Assembly: GCA_964247055.1 (NCBI GenBank)
Contig: OZ176057.1
Span: forward strand, 3,534,001-3,598,000
Reading direction: 5' to 3'
DNA from: Paragordius varius
Taxonomy: Eukaryota; Animalia; Nematomorpha
Length of the DNA: 64,000 bases
The notes under the pieces are model-generated. The model saw only the letters and a program-made list of their open reading frames with translations, was not told where the DNA came from and made no database searches. Within the stretch, counting starts at the first letter, position 1. Each line of letters opens with the position of its first letter. A program made the position numbers and the translations under genes. Below, piece after piece: positions 62,402-64,000 of this stretch.

Positions 62402-64000
62402 AAACTGATGCAATATTCATTAATTATCCGCTATAACCGCTAATTTTTTATCAGTTTATGTTAATGTGTTTAAGTGAAATTAAGGGATATCCATATTAAA
62501 CAATAAAAGAGGAATTATTACGGTACTTTTTAAATTATGGCTTTAATTATTCTAAAAAATTTATAAAATATAACATACTTGTTGAATAAAGAGTGGTAAT
62601 TGAGCCTTAATTTGTGCAGCTAAGGTTGGATTATTTGCAAACATTGGGTTGGACATTATAATCTAATGTACATGTGTAAAATAAAATAAAAAAACATTTG
62701 AATTAATTATTATAGGGTCAAAAAATAATTAAATGATAAATAATAAAAAAAATTTTGCTAATTAAAAAATGCGTTTTATTTATATGCAATAAACCATTTT
62801 AGTACCAAATATTGCTACAATATACATTTTAATGGTAGTTTTCACACTATATATAGGCGATTTGGAACAGGAGTGTATAAAAAAACATCAAAATAAATAA
62901 CCAATTATTTCCTTTCTTTTTCCATACACTACTACTGTGTTGCAAATTGCCCGCCCTACTATAGTGTGAAATAAGCAACCATTAAAATGCATACTCTAAT
63001 GTAAAAATACAGTCATGTATCCTTTATTTTATCTAAAATTTATTTTCTTTCGTTAAATAGGGGTATAAATATTTGGTAAAAAATGGAAAAAACAAGAGCT
63101 CTATGGTGATTCTTATACTTTTTTGATGAATATGATTTTGTTAATACCATAGAGCTCTTGTTTTTTCCATGATAAAAAACATAAACGTTAAAACTAAATG
63201 ACAATATATATTTTAGAAAAGACAATCCCAGCCAAACTCTTTCAAACCTAAACTTTCCGTTCATAAACATTATAATATCAATTTCCATCTCTTCCTTAGT
63301 CACATAGTACTACAATACTATTAAGAATAAGTTATATTTGAAAAAGACTATGGGGGTTGCCTTTTTAAAAAATATTACCAGAGTTAAATATTTTTGCGTT
63401 TTGTCGGTTTTCTAATTTTTACTGTAATTTTTTAATGGAAATTTTTTAAAAAAACGTTCATCACCTAATATTAATGATAGGAAAGTTAAGTAAAAAATTA
63501 TATTTCTAAACATCTTATGCTATAAAAGGTAATATCTTTGACACTTTTATTTTATAGACATTTTTCAAAAATTTTAATTTTAAAACAAATTTCAAGGTTA
63601 AAAGAAAAGCCTAATCATCAAATTTTAGTCAGTGCATACAAAATTAAAATTAAAGAAAAAATATATTACAATGAAGACAATATATATATGCTCTAGTATC
63701 AAACTTGTTTCGGGATTTAACCATTTTTATCAGAAATATCTCTCAGCCGAACAAAAAAGTTTGATTTTTTTTGTAAAAAATGACAATTTTTAATAAAACT
63801 CATATGTTTTTCCATTAAAAATTGTTTAAACATATCTTTATGGACATAAATATTTTGTTAACAAAAACATCTGTGCGTAATTAATCCTATTTTATTCAAA
63901 TAAAACTTTTGTTGGACAAAAAATTTTTTTCAGAATATCTATCCACCTACCTGTTCATACATGGATGGATTATTACTCAGGGTTTCAAGGGTACTTTTCA
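57935..64000 (-). CDS. UBQLN1: Ubiquilin, 3' part: exons 64000-63951 (partial), 62662-62579, 62230-62115, 60837-60680, 60029-59919, 59221-59163, 58827-58731, 58020-57935
   Basis: STI1-like repeats IMSNPMFANNPTLAAQIKAQLPLFIQQ-MQNPNLQSVLSNPKAMKALMQIQEGLAILQQEAPTLIPG and UBA domain [40 protein letters not shown]. All phases are consistent. Paralog number is nominal. Confidence 0.93.
58363..58720. mobile_element. MITE family E, two adjacent ~150-185-bp palindromic copies separated by (TA)n; a third copy at ~62822-62998
   Basis: agtatgcattttaatggttgcttatttcacattata...tatagtgtgaaataagcaacctttaaaatgcacatact, with internal gggcaatttgca..cagtagtgtat / atacactactgtg...aaattgccc. Confidence 0.8.
60058..60281. 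mobile_element. MITE family B
   Basis: tata-ccatttacacgtcaaatttaccc ... gggtgaatttgaattgtaaatgg-tatata. Confidence 0.75.
61121..61409. mobile_element. MITE family A
   Basis: aaaattgaaattgtacggacaaaa ... ttttgtccgtataatttcaatttttactg-ta. Confidence 0.75.
61732..62002. mobile_element. MITE family B
   Basis: ccatttacatatcaaatttacccttaaac ... aagggtgaattagaattgtaaatcg-tatata. Confidence 0.7.

Noticed and set aside
1-64000. rRNA, tRNA, or intact transposase/reverse transcriptase genes
   Set aside because: No cloverleaf or rRNA-like conserved segments were seen; all TE coding remnants are interrupted by stops and frameshifts.

Overview
Strongly AT-rich, intron-containing animal genomic DNA; the species cannot be identified from the window. 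All gene models were assembled by hand from GT..AG sites with intron phases checked. Recognisable genes: the last two exons of a DHRS7B-type SDR (+), a GPI-anchored Ly6/uPAR three-finger protein (-), a 13-exon LAMP-family lysosomal glycoprotein (+), a single-ORF DAN/NBL1-type cystine-knot BMP antagonist with very large loop insertions (-), and the 3' part of ubiquilin (-). The ORF track largely misses a set of small secreted-peptide precursor genes. Three lie at 9.4-22.5 kb: two have signal + acidic spacer + Arg-rich tail, the third lacks a located first exon, and all end in Gly-stop. One is followed by a tandem array of variant 3' cassettes. There is also a 324-aa prohormone-like gene (49.3-50.6 kb) and a possible pGlu/amide peptide exon (51.4 kb). 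Intergenic and intronic DNA carries several MITE or foldback families, a decayed mariner, LINE debris and a diverged ~310-bp tandem array. No rRNA, tRNA or CRISPR was found. The best candidate for a new system is the cluster of Arg/Gly-rich, probably amidated secreted peptides with its variant-cassette array; the split cystine-knot DAN protein is second.
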